From NCBI GenBank assembly GCA_913044235.1, contig CAJWOS010000002.1, positions 1-42,439 of the forward strand: 42,439 nucleotides of DNA, written 5' to 3'. Positions 16,225-25,992 of this stretch are shown piece after piece. The notes beneath the pieces were generated by a model. It saw only the letters and a program-made list of their open reading frames with translations, did not search any database and was not told the DNA's origin. How positions within the stretch are numbered: position 1 is the first letter of the stretch; the number at the start of each line of letters is the position of its first letter. The position numbers were made by a program, and so were the translations under genes. The stretch is from an uncultured Pseudomonadota bacterium. Lineage in GTDB: Bacteria; Myxococcota_A; UBA796; UBA2385.

Positions 16225-18153
16225 TCAGGCAGACACCCGCTCACCCGACCCCGACCCTCCGGTCGGGGTGTTTTCGTCTTGGGTCTGGTGACGAAGCATA
16301 CGGGCTGCATTGAGAACCACCAGCAACGCTCCCAGATCATGCGCGAGAGCGCCCCACAGCGGCGAAATGCCTCCCCGAATGGCCAGCGTCATCATGACCA
16401 CCACGATGGCCAGCGCCAGTCCAAGGTTCTGGTGCACAGTGGTACGCGATCGGCGTGCAAGGTCGAGGAGCTCCGGAATCCGCTCCGGCTCTCCAGTCAG
16501 CAGCGCAACATCCGCACCGCCAAGCGCGACCTCACTGACATTGGCGCCAAGCGACACGCCCATGTCGGCTCGAGACAGCGCAAGCGCGTCGTTCACCCCA
16601 TCCCCCACCATTAAGACCCGACGTCCGCCGCTCTGTTCCTGCTCTACCACCCGGAGCTTGTCTTCCGGAAGCACCTCGGCAAACACCTCATCCACCTGCA
16701 AGACAGCGCCGACTCGCTCCGCTTCTGCGCGGCGATCTCCGGTGAGCAGTACCACACGATCCAAGCCATGGGCCCGCAGGCGGTCCAGCGCCCGCTGTGC
16801 ACCGGGCCGAATCGTGTCTTCCAGCAGGATGCCCCCGAGCCATCGCCCGTCCACCGCCACTCCGGTGCCTTCAGCATGTTCCGGAATGGACACCCCTTCG
16901 CTGCGGAGCCAGCCCGGACGACCAAAACGCCACACCTCGGTGCCCACAGAAGCACGTGCACCAAGCCCGGGAACCTCTTCGACCCGATCAAAACCTGCGC
17001 GCTGGACTCCGGCAGCCTCGGCCGCAGCGACCGCTGCTCGAGACACCGGGTGCAACGAGCCGTGCCCACACGTCGCGGCGACCTGCAGCACCCGCGCGCG
17101 AGAGAGCCCATCTGCCAGGGAGATGGAAGACACCACCAGCTCACCGGTCGTCAGAGTCCCGGTCTTATCGATGACCAGCGTGTCCAGCGAGGTGGCGACT
17201 TCCAGGAAGCCCGCATCCTTGATGAGCATGTCTCGACGGGTCGCAAGCGACAAAGCGGCCACCATCGCCGCCGGCCCTGCCACCACCAGTGCGGTGGGCA
17301 CGGCCACCACAAGCACGGTGATCGCACGCTCGACCGATTCCGTAAAAAACAGGGTGGTGGCGGCCACAGTGAGGACCACCGGTACATAAGCTGCGCCAAG
17401 CCGCTCGAGAGAGCGAACCCACTGCGGCTGCGAGTCAGCCACGCGCCGCAGCATCGACGCCACACGCCCCAAGACCGAGTCGCTGGCGAGGCCGGTGATC
17501 CGAAGCTCAAGAAGCCCGGAGACGTTGAGTGTGCCGGCATACACCGCAGTGCCGGGCTCGACATCTTCCGGTCGACTCTCCCCCGTGATCGGCGCCTGGT
17601 CGACCGCACTGTGTCCATGAATCACGAGGCCGTCGACCGGGATGACCTGCCCCGGCCGCACCCGAATCCGGTCACCGACGGACAACTGGTCGATCAATAT
17701 ACTCGACTCCACCCCGGCCGACGAGACGACGACCGCCTCGCGGACCTCGAGCTTGTGGAGACCCGCAATGGCTTCCCGGGCCCCCAGGGACGTTCGCTCC
17801 TCGAACAGCCGACCGATGTCGAGAATCAGGGGCACCAGGGTGGCGGTCACGAAAGCGCCCTGCGCCCATGCGGCGAGCAGAGCCAGCGAGACGAGCTGGT
17901 CGGTGGTGTGGCGGGGCTGCGGCGAGAGCAGCGCCGGAAGCCCACGCATCAGCACGGGGATTCCCACGACCAGGGCGGCCACGGCAGACACTACCGCGGA
18001 AATCCGGGGCTGGTCGGGACGCCAGATGGACAGGATCACGCCCACCAGGAGGAGGCCGCCCCCGGTGAGATCACCGGCCAGACGAAGTCCGATAGACCGT
18101 CGCTCGGCGGCGGTCAGCACAAGCTGCCACGACGTGGATGGACTGGCACTCAT
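16225..18153 (-). CDS. P1B-like P-type ATPase lacking N-terminal metal-binding domain and lacking the CPC transmembrane motif (VPT instead)
   Basis: TGES is present (APITGESRPEDV), as are DKTGTLT, GDGVNDALAL and the P1B-type S-x-HP motif (HGSLHPVSRA). The P1B-like TM and actuator layout is ...LILDIGRLFEERTSLGAREAIAGLHKLE... TM6 reads VLVVAVPTALVVAGP where CPC/SPC/CPH is expected. The start ATG overlaps the upstream gene's stop by 4 nt. Confidence 0.85.
   Translation of the reverse strand: MSASPSTSWQLVLTAAERRSIGLRLAGDLTGGGLLLVGVILSIWRPDQPRISAVVSAVAALVVGIPVLMRGLPALLSPQPRHTTDQLVSLALLAAWAQGAFVTATLVPLILDIGRLFEERTSLGAREAIAGLHKLEVREAVVVSSAGVESSILIDQLSVGDRIRVRPGQVIPVDGLVIHGHSAVDQAPITGESRPEDVEPGTAVYAGTLNVSGLLELRITGLASDSVLGRVASMLRRVADSQPQWVRSLERLGAAYVPVVLTVAATTLFFTESVERAITVLVVAVPTALVVAGPAAMVAALSLATRRDMLIKDAGFLEVATSLDTLVIDKTGTLTTGELVVSSISLADGLSRARVLQVAATCGHGSLHPVSRAAVAAAEAAGVQRAGFDRVEEVPGLGARASVGTEVWRFGRPGWLRSEGVSIPEHAEGTGVAVDGRWLGGILLEDTIRPGAQRALDRLRAHGLDRVVLLTGDRRAEAERVGAVLQVDEVFAEVLPEDKLRVVEQEQSGGRRVLMVGDGVNDALALSRADMGVSLGANVSEVALGGADVALLTGEPERIPELLDLARRSRTTVHQNLGLALAIVVVMMTLAIRGGISPLWGALAHDLGALLVVLNAARMLRHQTQDENTPTGGSGSGERVSA
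16249..16280 (+). terminator. Rho-independent terminator for the 15737-16219 gene, overlapping the last codons of the convergent ATPase ORF
   Basis: CCCCGACC-CTCC-GGTCGGGG is an 8-bp GC stem with a 4-nt loop, followed by TGTTTTCGTCTTGG (U-rich). It lies 30 nt after the stop codon. Confidence 0.55.
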
Positions 18154-19214
18154 CGCTGCCGCTCCGGCACTCGACCCGCATCGGTCGGAATGGTGAGTCG
18201 GGTGCCGTTGTAGCGCTGTCCGGTTGGCGGGGGAAGAAAGTCCACCTTGCCCGCCTGCTCCAGGACTGCCTCGATTCCTTCACGATAGAGGCGCTGCCGC
18301 ACCACGATGGGCTCCCGTCGGTATTCGGCGACCAACACTTCGAAGGCCGACGCCTCGGATCGCGCCTGTTGAACACCTTCCAGCGCCTCCGCCTCCGCGG
18401 TCTGTACCGCCCGTCGTCGGTCTGAGCGGGCCTTCGGTACTTGCACTTCTCGGTACTCCTGCGCCGATCGAAGACGGGTCTCGGACTCGATGGCTGCGGT
18501 CTGCACCTCCCGAAACGCTTCCTGAACCTGCTGTGGCGGTCCAAGATCGAGCAGCTCCAACGAAACCAGGGAGACGCCGGCCGCTCGGTCATCGAGCCAG
18601 CTCTGCGCCCGCCGCGTGACGGTATCCACCAGGTCTTGGCGGCCATCGGAGAGGACCGTGTCTACGGAGAGTCCACCCAGGGTCTGCACCATCGACTGCA
18701 GCACCGCGAGCCGAAGGAGGGCCTCCGGATCTTCCACCTCTTGCACCCAAGCGATGGGATCCCCTACCTGCCATCGAGCAACCATTGCAATGTGCACGAT
18801 GTTCTGGTCTCCGGTCAGCACATATCCGGTGCGTTCGGGATCCAGCGTGGCCCGATTGGTGACCAGATACCGGTTCACCTTGCTGTCCGACTGCGTGTAG
18901 TGCAAGTCTCGGAGCTCCGTCTCGAACACCCGGGCAGAAGGAATCCGCTGCACGCGGTCGAACGGTCGGGGCAGCGCAATCAGCAGTCCAGGTGGATGCA
19001 CCGCCCCGGCGCCCTCTCCCACCAATGCGCCAAACCGGTACATCACCGCGACCTCATCGGGATTCACCACCGTGACGCCCGACCCCGCATAGGCCACCAG
19101 CAGGATGATCAACCACCAGTGCAGCCGCTCGACCGCACGGACCGCACCCGTCCCGACAGGACCGAGAAGAGCAGCCAGTTCCTGCACCACAGTGGCGGGG
19201 GTACGCGTTGACAC
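18150..19214 (-). CDS. SPFH/band-7 protein, HflK-like
   Basis: Single N-terminal TM (WWLIILLVAYAGSGVTVV) is followed by an SPFH domain and a long coiled-coil C-terminus (EAFREVQTAAIESETRLRSAQEYREVQVPKARSD...). It directly abuts the HflC-like gene. Confidence 0.78.
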   Translation of the reverse strand: MSTRTPATVVQELAALLGPVGTGAVRAVERLHWWLIILLVAYAGSGVTVVNPDEVAVMYRFGALVGEGAGAVHPPGLLIALPRPFDRVQRIPSARVFETELRDLHYTQSDSKVNRYLVTNRATLDPERTGYVLTGDQNIVHIAMVARWQVGDPIAWVQEVEDPEALLRLAVLQSMVQTLGGLSVDTVLSDGRQDLVDTVTRRAQSWLDDRAAGVSLVSLELLDLGPPQQVQEAFREVQTAAIESETRLRSAQEYREVQVPKARSDRRRAVQTAEAEALEGVQQARSEASAFEVLVAEYRREPIVVRQRLYREGIEAVLEQAGKVDFLPPPTGQRYNGTRLTIPTDAGRVPERQR

Positions 19215-20141
19215 TCAGTTGCCTTCGCTTGTCAGGAGGCGAAAAGGAGGGCTGTCGGTGCGGAGAATCACGGTGGTTTCGTCACCAACCACGGAATCGA
19301 GCGCTTCGAGCGAACGAACAAATCGGTAGAGGTCCGGATCCTTGCGGTGGGCTTCGGCATAAATCCTGGCGGCTTCCGCCTCCGAGTCGCCCAGAATCCG
19401 AGCCGATTCTTCGGATCCTTCCGCCCGGATTCGGGCCGCCTCGAGGTCGGTCTCGGACCGAATCCGGGCAGCCTCCTCGGCCCCTTCCGCCTCGTATCGA
19501 GCCGCATACTGGCGACGCTCGGCACGCATCTGCTTGAAGACGGCCGACACATTGTCTTCTGGGAGGCTCAGGCGCTGAAAGCCCACCGTGAGAATCTCGA
19601 TTCCGTAGCGCTCAGATGCCACCGTTCGCGTGGCTTCCACCAGCTGCGCTTCGATCTCTTCCGTGCGCAGCGTGGTGGGATCGGTCGAGGTGAGGGCGCT
19701 GAGGTCAAAGCGCCCGAGCACACCAATCTGTGCGTTGGAAATGAGCCCATCGAGCTTTTCTTCTGCATCTTCCACCGTGCCGATGCTCTGGTAGAAGCGC
19801 AGCGGATCGGACACCCTCCAGACAGCGAAGCCCACCAGAACCACATTCTTCCGATCGCGCGTGAGCATTTCGGCATGGCCGGTCTCGAAGGTGCGACGGC
19901 GCAGATCGACCCGCGCAACCGCGTCGATCGGCCAGGGTGCCTTCCAGTGCAAGCCAGCCACATTCAGCAGTCGGACCGGGTCGCCAAACCGAGTGACCAC
20001 AACAGCCTCGCCTTCTCCCACCTGAACGCCAGTGGCCGCGAGCAGGATCCCCAGCACGGCCGCAATGCCCGTTCCCACGCGCAGCCAGTCGAGGGCACGC
20101 GGTCGAGGGGTGGAGGTGGGATCAAGGATTTCCGACATCAT
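19215..20141 (-). CDS. SPFH/band-7 protein, HflC-like
   Basis: Start chosen at MMSEIL (20141). The TM is WLRVGTGIAAVLGILLAATGV, then an SPFH domain (VVVTRFGDPVRLL...GLHWKAPWPID). C-terminal coiled coil carries repeated EAARIRAEGSEESARILGDSEAEAARIYAEA. The longer ORF to 20285 is rejected because its N-extension is non-hydrophobic and low-GC3. Confidence 0.78.
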   Translation of the reverse strand: MMSEILDPTSTPRPRALDWLRVGTGIAAVLGILLAATGVQVGEGEAVVVTRFGDPVRLLNVAGLHWKAPWPIDAVARVDLRRRTFETGHAEMLTRDRKNVVLVGFAVWRVSDPLRFYQSIGTVEDAEEKLDGLISNAQIGVLGRFDLSALTSTDPTTLRTEEIEAQLVEATRTVASERYGIEILTVGFQRLSLPEDNVSAVFKQMRAERRQYAARYEAEGAEEAARIRSETDLEAARIRAEGSEESARILGDSEAEAARIYAEAHRKDPDLYRFVRSLEALDSVVGDETTVILRTDSPPFRLLTSEGN

Positions 20142-20481
20142 GGCTCCATGTCGACATAGGGACGGCCCGTATCTTGCTGTTGCCACGGGCGAAACCCGAC
20201 CGGCGCCGACCAGTCCACTCGGATGGTGAATTCCCCATCGAAAGTGCAACACCTCGGCTCGTATCCACGCGGAAAGGCCTCGCACGCGCAGTCTTTTTTG
20301 GATCGACCGGTCCGGTCATCGTTCCGACCTTGTGCGGCCACAGACCCCTCCCGACCACGCGGGAGGTCTTCAGACAGACCACGCTGCGGTAGACCATCCC
20401 AAGCCGCTTCGACACCGAAGAAGACATCGACAGATGGCGCAGCGGAGTCCAACGGAGTGCAACGATACGGGAGTAGACCGG

Positions 20482-22359
20482 TCATGGTTTCGCCGCGTCC
20501 AACCAGATCGAAGCCCCATCTCGCTCCAGTCGATGATCGATCACCACCACACGGCGATTGCCGAGGTTGGCCGCCATCGCATCCATCCGCCGGCGGAAGC
20601 GATAGTTCGCCTCGGCTGTTCGTACCTGGGCCCGAAGGCCCAAGAACGCCTCTGCCTCACCCACGGACTCCGCACGCCGCTTGGCCGCACGCGCCAGGGC
20701 ACTCGCCACATCTCGTGCGGCGTCCCGTCGAGCCTCGGACAGTCGCCCCGTCCGGTAGGCGTCCGCACCAATCCGGTCGGTCTCTCGTGTGATCTGTGCG
20801 CTCACCACCGCCTGGTAGTCCTCCGCCACGCTGACCGGCGGATGCAGTGCGCCGAGGGTGACATCCACCACCTCGACCCCGAGCTGCTGGACATCGGCTT
20901 CGGCCTGCAGGCGGACCTCAATTTCAAGGGCCAGCTGGGCGAAGTCCTGTCCCAAGGCCTCATCAAGTGTCTGAGCGATGATGCGTTCCATCACAGCCCG
21001 ATAGGCAAGCGAGCGGAGGGCCGACTCCGGGTTCTGCATCCCGTACAGCCACGCTACGGGATCTGCGACACGGTAGTGCACCAGACCATCAATGGTGACG
21101 AGGTCGCGACCATCCCCGAGCAGCAGGGTGTACTCCTCATCTGCATGAAGCTTTGCCCACAGTCGGCTCTCGGGCTGCTCTTCGCCGCGAGCATCCGCGA
21201 GTGCGTCTTCCGAGTCCTCATCGTCGGCATCGCCAGGATCGAGCGCATCCAGCAGATCTGCCGGGAGCTCTTCTTCCTCTTCATGTCCGATTGTGAGGGT
21301 GCGCACCCGCTCGGTGGACACCCGCCGTATCCGCTCGATGGGCCAGGGCCAGACCACGTGCAGGCCCGGTCCGAGCACCTCGGTCGATACCGCACGGCCG
21401 AATCGCTCCCGAACCGCTCGCTCATGGACTTCCACCATCACGAGACCGGTCGAGATCCATCCCAGGAAGACCACGCCCAACACCGCAGGCTCGAAGGCTT
21501 GGCGGAGAAAAGCGAGGGCCCAGCTGGAGCGAATGTCGATGCCAAACGACCGCTCAAGCACCGAAAACAGGCTCCGGACCGGGTTGGATTCCGAGAAAAA
21601 CAGGGTGATGAATGCAGAATCCACTGCGCGTAGGCGCGTCGGTGCCGGTGCATCCCGGAGGTTCCACCAAGACCACAGTCCGGGGACCGCATGGAACAGC
21701 GGCTCTACACAGCTGAGCAGTACCGCCACAAACTGCGCCAAGCTGACGGCTTCGAGGATCGAGATTCCCGAGAGCGCTGGGATCCATACACCCAAATCGG
21801 CGAAACCGTCGATGTCGGATGCATCTGCCCAGATCGCAATCACTGCGATGGCAGCCATCGCAACCACGCTGCGAGCCCAGGCCAGCAAGCCAGCTCCTTC
21901 GAGAATGGACGCACCTCTTCGATTCGCGTAGCGCCCAATCAACAGCGCCAACACCGACCCGAGAACCAACATGCCGGTGCTCGCCCATCGCCAAACATCG
22001 GGGAATTCCACCTCCGGCAGGATGTAGATGAGGCCACCAACCGCGAGCGTCGTGGCGAAGACGGTGGGAAAGATCACCGCTCCGGCACTGGCTTCCAGTC
22101 GGGGGACCCGTCGACGGGGCGCTCCTGGTTCCACCGGAGCGACCGGCTCAGGGGGAGGCTCTGCGGGATCCCTGCGCCGAGCAACCACGGAAACCCCGAG
22201 GACAACCCCCACCATCAAGAGGGTCTGGGCAACCACTGCAAACAGCACGCCCTGCCAATACACCCGCGCCAGGAGCGTGAGGCCCGCAGCCCAGAACAGC
22301 AGGGCCCAACCGGCCCATCCCAGCACCCGCGGGCGAGCATCTTTCGCGGATGCACTCAT
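20482..22359 (-). CDS. Polytopic membrane protein (about 8 TM) fused to C-terminal SPFH/band-7 domain and an acidic coiled-coil tail
   Basis: 625-aa protein. N-terminal 330 aa are multi-TM ([40 protein letters not shown]...). The SPFH core reads [49 protein letters not shown], followed by an EEEEE/D-rich stretch and an HflK-like C-terminus. The start overlaps the upstream gene's stop (4 nt). Confidence 0.75.
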   Translation of the reverse strand: MSASAKDARPRVLGWAGWALLFWAAGLTLLARVYWQGVLFAVVAQTLLMVGVVLGVSVVARRRDPAEPPPEPVAPVEPGAPRRRVPRLEASAGAVIFPTVFATTLAVGGLIYILPEVEFPDVWRWASTGMLVLGSVLALLIGRYANRRGASILEGAGLLAWARSVVAMAAIAVIAIWADASDIDGFADLGVWIPALSGISILEAVSLAQFVAVLLSCVEPLFHAVPGLWSWWNLRDAPAPTRLRAVDSAFITLFFSESNPVRSLFSVLERSFGIDIRSSWALAFLRQAFEPAVLGVVFLGWISTGLVMVEVHERAVRERFGRAVSTEVLGPGLHVVWPWPIERIRRVSTERVRTLTIGHEEEEELPADLLDALDPGDADDEDSEDALADARGEEQPESRLWAKLHADEEYTLLLGDGRDLVTIDGLVHYRVADPVAWLYGMQNPESALRSLAYRAVMERIIAQTLDEALGQDFAQLALEIEVRLQAEADVQQLGVEVVDVTLGALHPPVSVAEDYQAVVSAQITRETDRIGADAYRTGRLSEARRDAARDVASALARAAKRRAESVGEAEAFLGLRAQVRTAEANYRFRRRMDAMAANLGNRRVVVIDHRLERDGASIWLDAAKP

Positions 22360-23948
22360 CGCTTTCCACCAGGACGAGTGTTGGTTCCCGGCCGTGTTTG
22401 TGGTCCGCGAGGTGTACCCGGCACCGATCGAACACCGGGTCCCGGTCCACCGGGTGTGCCGCTCGGACGGGCCTTCGCCTTGCCCTTGGGCATCGGGACC
22501 ACACCCGGCAGGGCCTCGAGCTGGATGACCAAGCCCGCCTGCGGGCGGGCACCATCCACGGGATCGGCAAGGCGTCCCACACCACCACTGCCGCTCGGCG
22601 GCTTGCCGGGCTCCGGAGCACCACCGTCCAGGGACGCATAGAGATAAAAGCGGTCGACCGCGGGGACCTCAAGTGAGAAGGACTGCTCGACGCCGCCATT
22701 GGGGGCCATACGAGCCTCGGCGAGTGGCGATGCGCCTCGGCGCAGGGCGCCATTCTCGGTGTCACTGGCCAAAAATGCGGTGACATACAACGCGGTGCCT
22801 TCCAGTCGGTCGACCCCGCGAACCGTGCCGGAATGCCGGACCGTCTCGAGGGCCGTGACAGTGTCGGAGGTGGGTGTGACCGTGGGCCGGGCACAGCGAA
22901 CGCCAATCTTCGAGCCCTCCACCAGTGCGGACATTCGGTTGGCAAGCCGCATGTTGGTGGAGAAGGTGTCGTATCCGCCGCCGCGAAGCACCCTGTAGCC
23001 TTCGCCCGACGGGCCACCGGGATCGGTTCTTGCGGTGCCATCGCCATAGGTTCGAGGGTGCCAGATGTCGGACACCGGTTCCCATACGTTGCCCACCAAG
23101 TGAACGTGTCCATACGGACCAGCAGCGTCTGGAAGACTGTCGGCCTTCATCGGACCCCCCACACATGGCCGAGGCCCATGCAGACCCACCATCGCGTGGT
23201 TGGCCCATTCACACGAGGGCTTGGCCAAGCCCCATGGATACGGGCGCAGATCGGCAGCATCGCACTGATCAGACCGATCGCCGAGCTCGCATCCACCACG
23301 TGCGGCCTTTTCCCACTGGGCCTCCGTCGGCAGCGACTTCCCGAGCGACACACAGTATTCCGCTGATTGGTCCACAGAAAGCATCGCTGAAAGGTCGTCT
23401 GCAGCACTCGACGACCAACCTTCCGGCGCATGGGCACGGACCGCAGCAACGGAGGCTTCGGTGCGGTCGAGACAGTATCCGGAGAGCGAGACCACATGGA
23501 TCGGTCCCTCATCGCTTCCCGCACTCGTGCCCGCGTGGCCCATCAGGAAAGGACCCGGACGGATCCAGCGCTCGGTGGCCGGCGTGACCAGCGGATCCGC
23601 GTCGTCGCAGTCGAGGCGGTCCACCGCTCCCCCAGGGCAAGACTGCGCTGCCCAAAACCCATCGCCGTCAGCGTCGACCTCTTCACAGGCGTCGATCCCG
23701 AGTACCGGCACCGCCAGGCGACTCGACCAGCCTCCATCCGAGCCCGTCGTCACTCCGGCAGAAGGGGGGGGAGGCGCCGCGGTCGAAGCCGCGCCTTGGT
23801 TCGAAGGCGACTCTACAGGTGGTGAAACCGCTGTATTTACCGTTGTTTCCGAGCCCTCACACCCAAGTAAGAAGAGGAGAGACCACAGAAATTTTCGACC
23901 AAGTGGTAACAAAATGCCATCAACATGCTTGGAGGGGGTCGAGTGCAT
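22356..23948 (-). CDS. FGE-sulfatase (SUMF1/EgtB/PvdO family) domain lipoprotein with Cys-rich N-terminal module and Pro/Gly-rich basic C-terminal tail
   Basis: Lipobox is LLFLLGC. The central FGE-like domain reads ...[21 protein letters not shown]...[12 protein letters not shown]...[11 protein letters not shown]...GVRCARP. N-terminal Cys-rich segment is [20 protein letters not shown]...LDCDD. C-terminal tail is [46 protein letters not shown]. Confidence 0.75.
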   Translation of the reverse strand: MHSTPSKHVDGILLPLGRKFLWSLLFLLGCEGSETTVNTAVSPPVESPSNQGAASTAAPPPPSAGVTTGSDGGWSSRLAVPVLGIDACEEVDADGDGFWAAQSCPGGAVDRLDCDDADPLVTPATERWIRPGPFLMGHAGTSAGSDEGPIHVVSLSGYCLDRTEASVAAVRAHAPEGWSSSAADDLSAMLSVDQSAEYCVSLGKSLPTEAQWEKAARGGCELGDRSDQCDAADLRPYPWGLAKPSCEWANHAMVGLHGPRPCVGGPMKADSLPDAAGPYGHVHLVGNVWEPVSDIWHPRTYGDGTARTDPGGPSGEGYRVLRGGGYDTFSTNMRLANRMSALVEGSKIGVRCARPTVTPTSDTVTALETVRHSGTVRGVDRLEGTALYVTAFLASDTENGALRRGASPLAEARMAPNGGVEQSFSLEVPAVDRFYLYASLDGGAPEPGKPPSGSGGVGRLADPVDGARPQAGLVIQLEALPGVVPMPKGKAKARPSGTPGGPGPGVRSVPGTPRGPQTRPGTNTRPGGKR

Positions 23949-24150
23949 GGACGTCGGATCCGTTCAGTGAGACAGTGGTGAAGGCATCCCCGCACAGCAT
24001 CGCCGATGCAACGGAGAATCCAGAGCTGCGAGACCGGCCATCCGGCCCGGCGAGATTTGCTCTGAGGAAGACGAGGTCGACATGAACCCAGCGCGTACTC
24101 CTGATATTACGACTGCATCCACCCGTGGCTCGAAAGAAGCTGAGCTTTTC

Positions 24151-24285
24151 ATGCTCCTGATTGGTGTCCTGTCGGTCGGCGTGATGTTCGGTACCTTTTC
24201 CGTTGTCTCCGGCACTGGAATCCTCGCGGGCGGGGTGGGTATGGTGCTGTTTTCCCTGACCCGCGACCTGCCGCTCGCCGAGTAG
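24151..24285 (+). CDS. Putative small membrane protein (44 aa, 2 predicted TM helices)
   Basis: MLLIGVLSVGVMFGTFSVVSGTGILAGGVGMVLFSLTRDLPLAE. GC3 is high from this Met onward, whereas the upstream part of ORF 24082-24285 has low GC3. It lies between two minus-strand genes and the RBS is weak. Confidence 0.3.
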   Translation: MLLIGVLSVGVMFGTFSVVSGTGILAGGVGMVLFSLTRDLPLAE

Positions 24286-24438
24286 CCTTTCTCCAGTAGC
24301 CATCGGCGCACTCTTCCCTGTGCTGCGCCCGTCACGCCGGCGCCGACCAGCGGCGCAACGGTCGATGCGGCTCGGAGAGCTTGACCACAGCAGTCCCGGT
24401 TGGGACGGCATTATCATCAAGTTCCGACCACCTCCCGC

Positions 24439-25992
24439 TCAGCGGCGACGCTCCGAAGGCGTCGGCCCCAGAGGCGGACCGTGCCTCGTTCCCGGCGCCT
24501 TGCCCGGCAACCGTCCACCAGAATGACTCCTCGATGGCGGCGCTTGGTTTCGGGTCGGATCGACGTAGCCGAGCGCTTCCAGCTGGCCGAGTTCATCCTC
24601 GGAAACGGAGCGAACCGGCGCCTCGACCTGGTCGTCCGCACCGGAGGCGACCGCCTCGTTCCACACAGCACGCCCCCCACCAAGGGCAGCGTGGTCCACC
24701 GTCGACAGCGGCTCCGTTTCCGCAGCATCTGCAGCGAGGTCGAAGGCGACCACGCCGGCCGGCTCGGGGCGCTCCATGATCTTCGACGGATACGCCCGCG
24801 CCGCAAACCACGCGCTACCCACCCAAGGGTCGGTAATGGCAAGCTGGGGCACAGGTCGATCGGACGGGTCGACCCTGTTGAGATCGCGACCTGCCATGCG
24901 GCGATCTGCTGGAAGTCCTGCCGCCGAGAGCACGGTGCGTGCCACGTCCACAAGACCCACAGGACCGTCGACGACCGTGCCAGGCGGATGCTCCAGACCA
25001 CGAATCACCAAGGGCACCCGCATCACGTCATCCCAGAGCACGCCGCGATGGTTGAACCAGTAGTCGTGTCCGAAGCTCTCACCATGATCTGCGGTCACCA
25101 CCACCACCGCCTGATCGGGAATGGCTTCAAGGAGCGGAGCCATCGATTCGTCGAGCGCACTGATTTCGCCGGCATACAGCGCTTCAATGTGGCTCACGTC
25201 GCGCGCCGATGGGGTTCGTTCGCCATCCCGATACGGGCGCAGAGTGGCATCCGATCCGTCGAGGTTACCCGTATAATCGGGGTCATATCGAGCATCCCAG
25301 GGCGATGGCGGTGTGTAGGGAAAGTGGGCGTCGAAGTAGTGCACGAACAGGAGAAACGGACCCTCCTGCCTGCCCATCCACTGCACTGCGCGGGTCGTGA
25401 CGTCGGCTGCCGGCCTCCGCATGTCGGTCGGATCGAGCACAAACTGGTCATCGTACAGGTCGAAACCGCGAGATAGACCGCAGGCAGAGTCCTGGAGCGT
25501 GACTCCACCGATGATCGCTCCCGTGGAAAAGCCCGCCCGCTGTGCAATCTCGGCCATGGTCGGCCCCGTATAGCGAGACCCCGCATGAGCGGGTGCATTT
25601 CCGTGAACTTCCGGAAGCACACCAGACATCAGGGTCCAGTGCGACAGACACGTCTCCGGAAAGTGGGTGGCGGGGTCGGCAAACCGGACACCGTCTGCAG
25701 CGAGGCGCTCGAGGTTCTGGGTCTGCGCGAGGCCGCCGTACAGCGCAAGAATCGGGGCAGACACTGTGTCCATGCTGATGATGACCACACTGCGGGCGGG
25801 AATATCCGGTGCAGGCTCCAGCTCGAACGAGGGCTCCGCGTGAAAGGGACTGGAAGGCGGCGGCCCACCCCGAACCCCCGCTCCCGCAGCAGATGGGACC
25901 GCCGCAGGCTCCGACGGTGCCGTGGGTGTGGGCTCGGAAGACGTTGCACACCCGACCGCCGCCCCCAAAAGCAGCATCGGCCGCACGCTCAC
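24439..25992 (-). CDS. Sulfatase-family (alkaline-phosphatase superfamily) lipoprotein with non-canonical active-site motif
   Basis: Lipoprotein signal is MSVRPMLLLGAAVGC. Sulfatase-like blocks are present (TQNLERLAADGVRF; VVVTADHGESFG). Where the formylglycine motif C-x-P-x-R-xxx-L/M-T-G is expected, the sequence reads C-L-S-H-W-T-L-M-S-G. A PE-x-HG element follows. Confidence 0.7.
   Translation of the reverse strand: MSVRPMLLLGAAVGCATSSEPTPTAPSEPAAVPSAAGAGVRGGPPPSSPFHAEPSFELEPAPDIPARSVVIISMDTVSAPILALYGGLAQTQNLERLAADGVRFADPATHFPETCLSHWTLMSGVLPEVHGNAPAHAGSRYTGPTMAEIAQRAGFSTGAIIGGVTLQDSACGLSRGFDLYDDQFVLDPTDMRRPAADVTTRAVQWMGRQEGPFLLFVHYFDAHFPYTPPSPWDARYDPDYTGNLDGSDATLRPYRDGERTPSARDVSHIEALYAGEISALDESMAPLLEAIPDQAVVVVTADHGESFGHDYWFNHRGVLWDDVMRVPLVIRGLEHPPGTVVDGPVGLVDVARTVLSAAGLPADRRMAGRDLNRVDPSDRPVPQLAITDPWVGSAWFAARAYPSKIMERPEPAGVVAFDLAADAAETEPLSTVDHAALGGGRAVWNEAVASGADDQVEAPVRSVSEDELGQLEALGYVDPTRNQAPPSRSHSGGRLPGKAPGTRHGPPLGPTPSERRR

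Noticed and set aside
20138-20485. 115-aa minus-strand ORF filling the intra-operon gap, bounded by ATGA-type overlaps at both ends
   Set aside because: GC3 is ~57%, far below the ~85-90% of neighbouring genes. The downstream 'ATGA' is merely the ATGATG double-Met of the HflC-like start. The Cys-rich product has no signal or domain. This is most likely non-coding.
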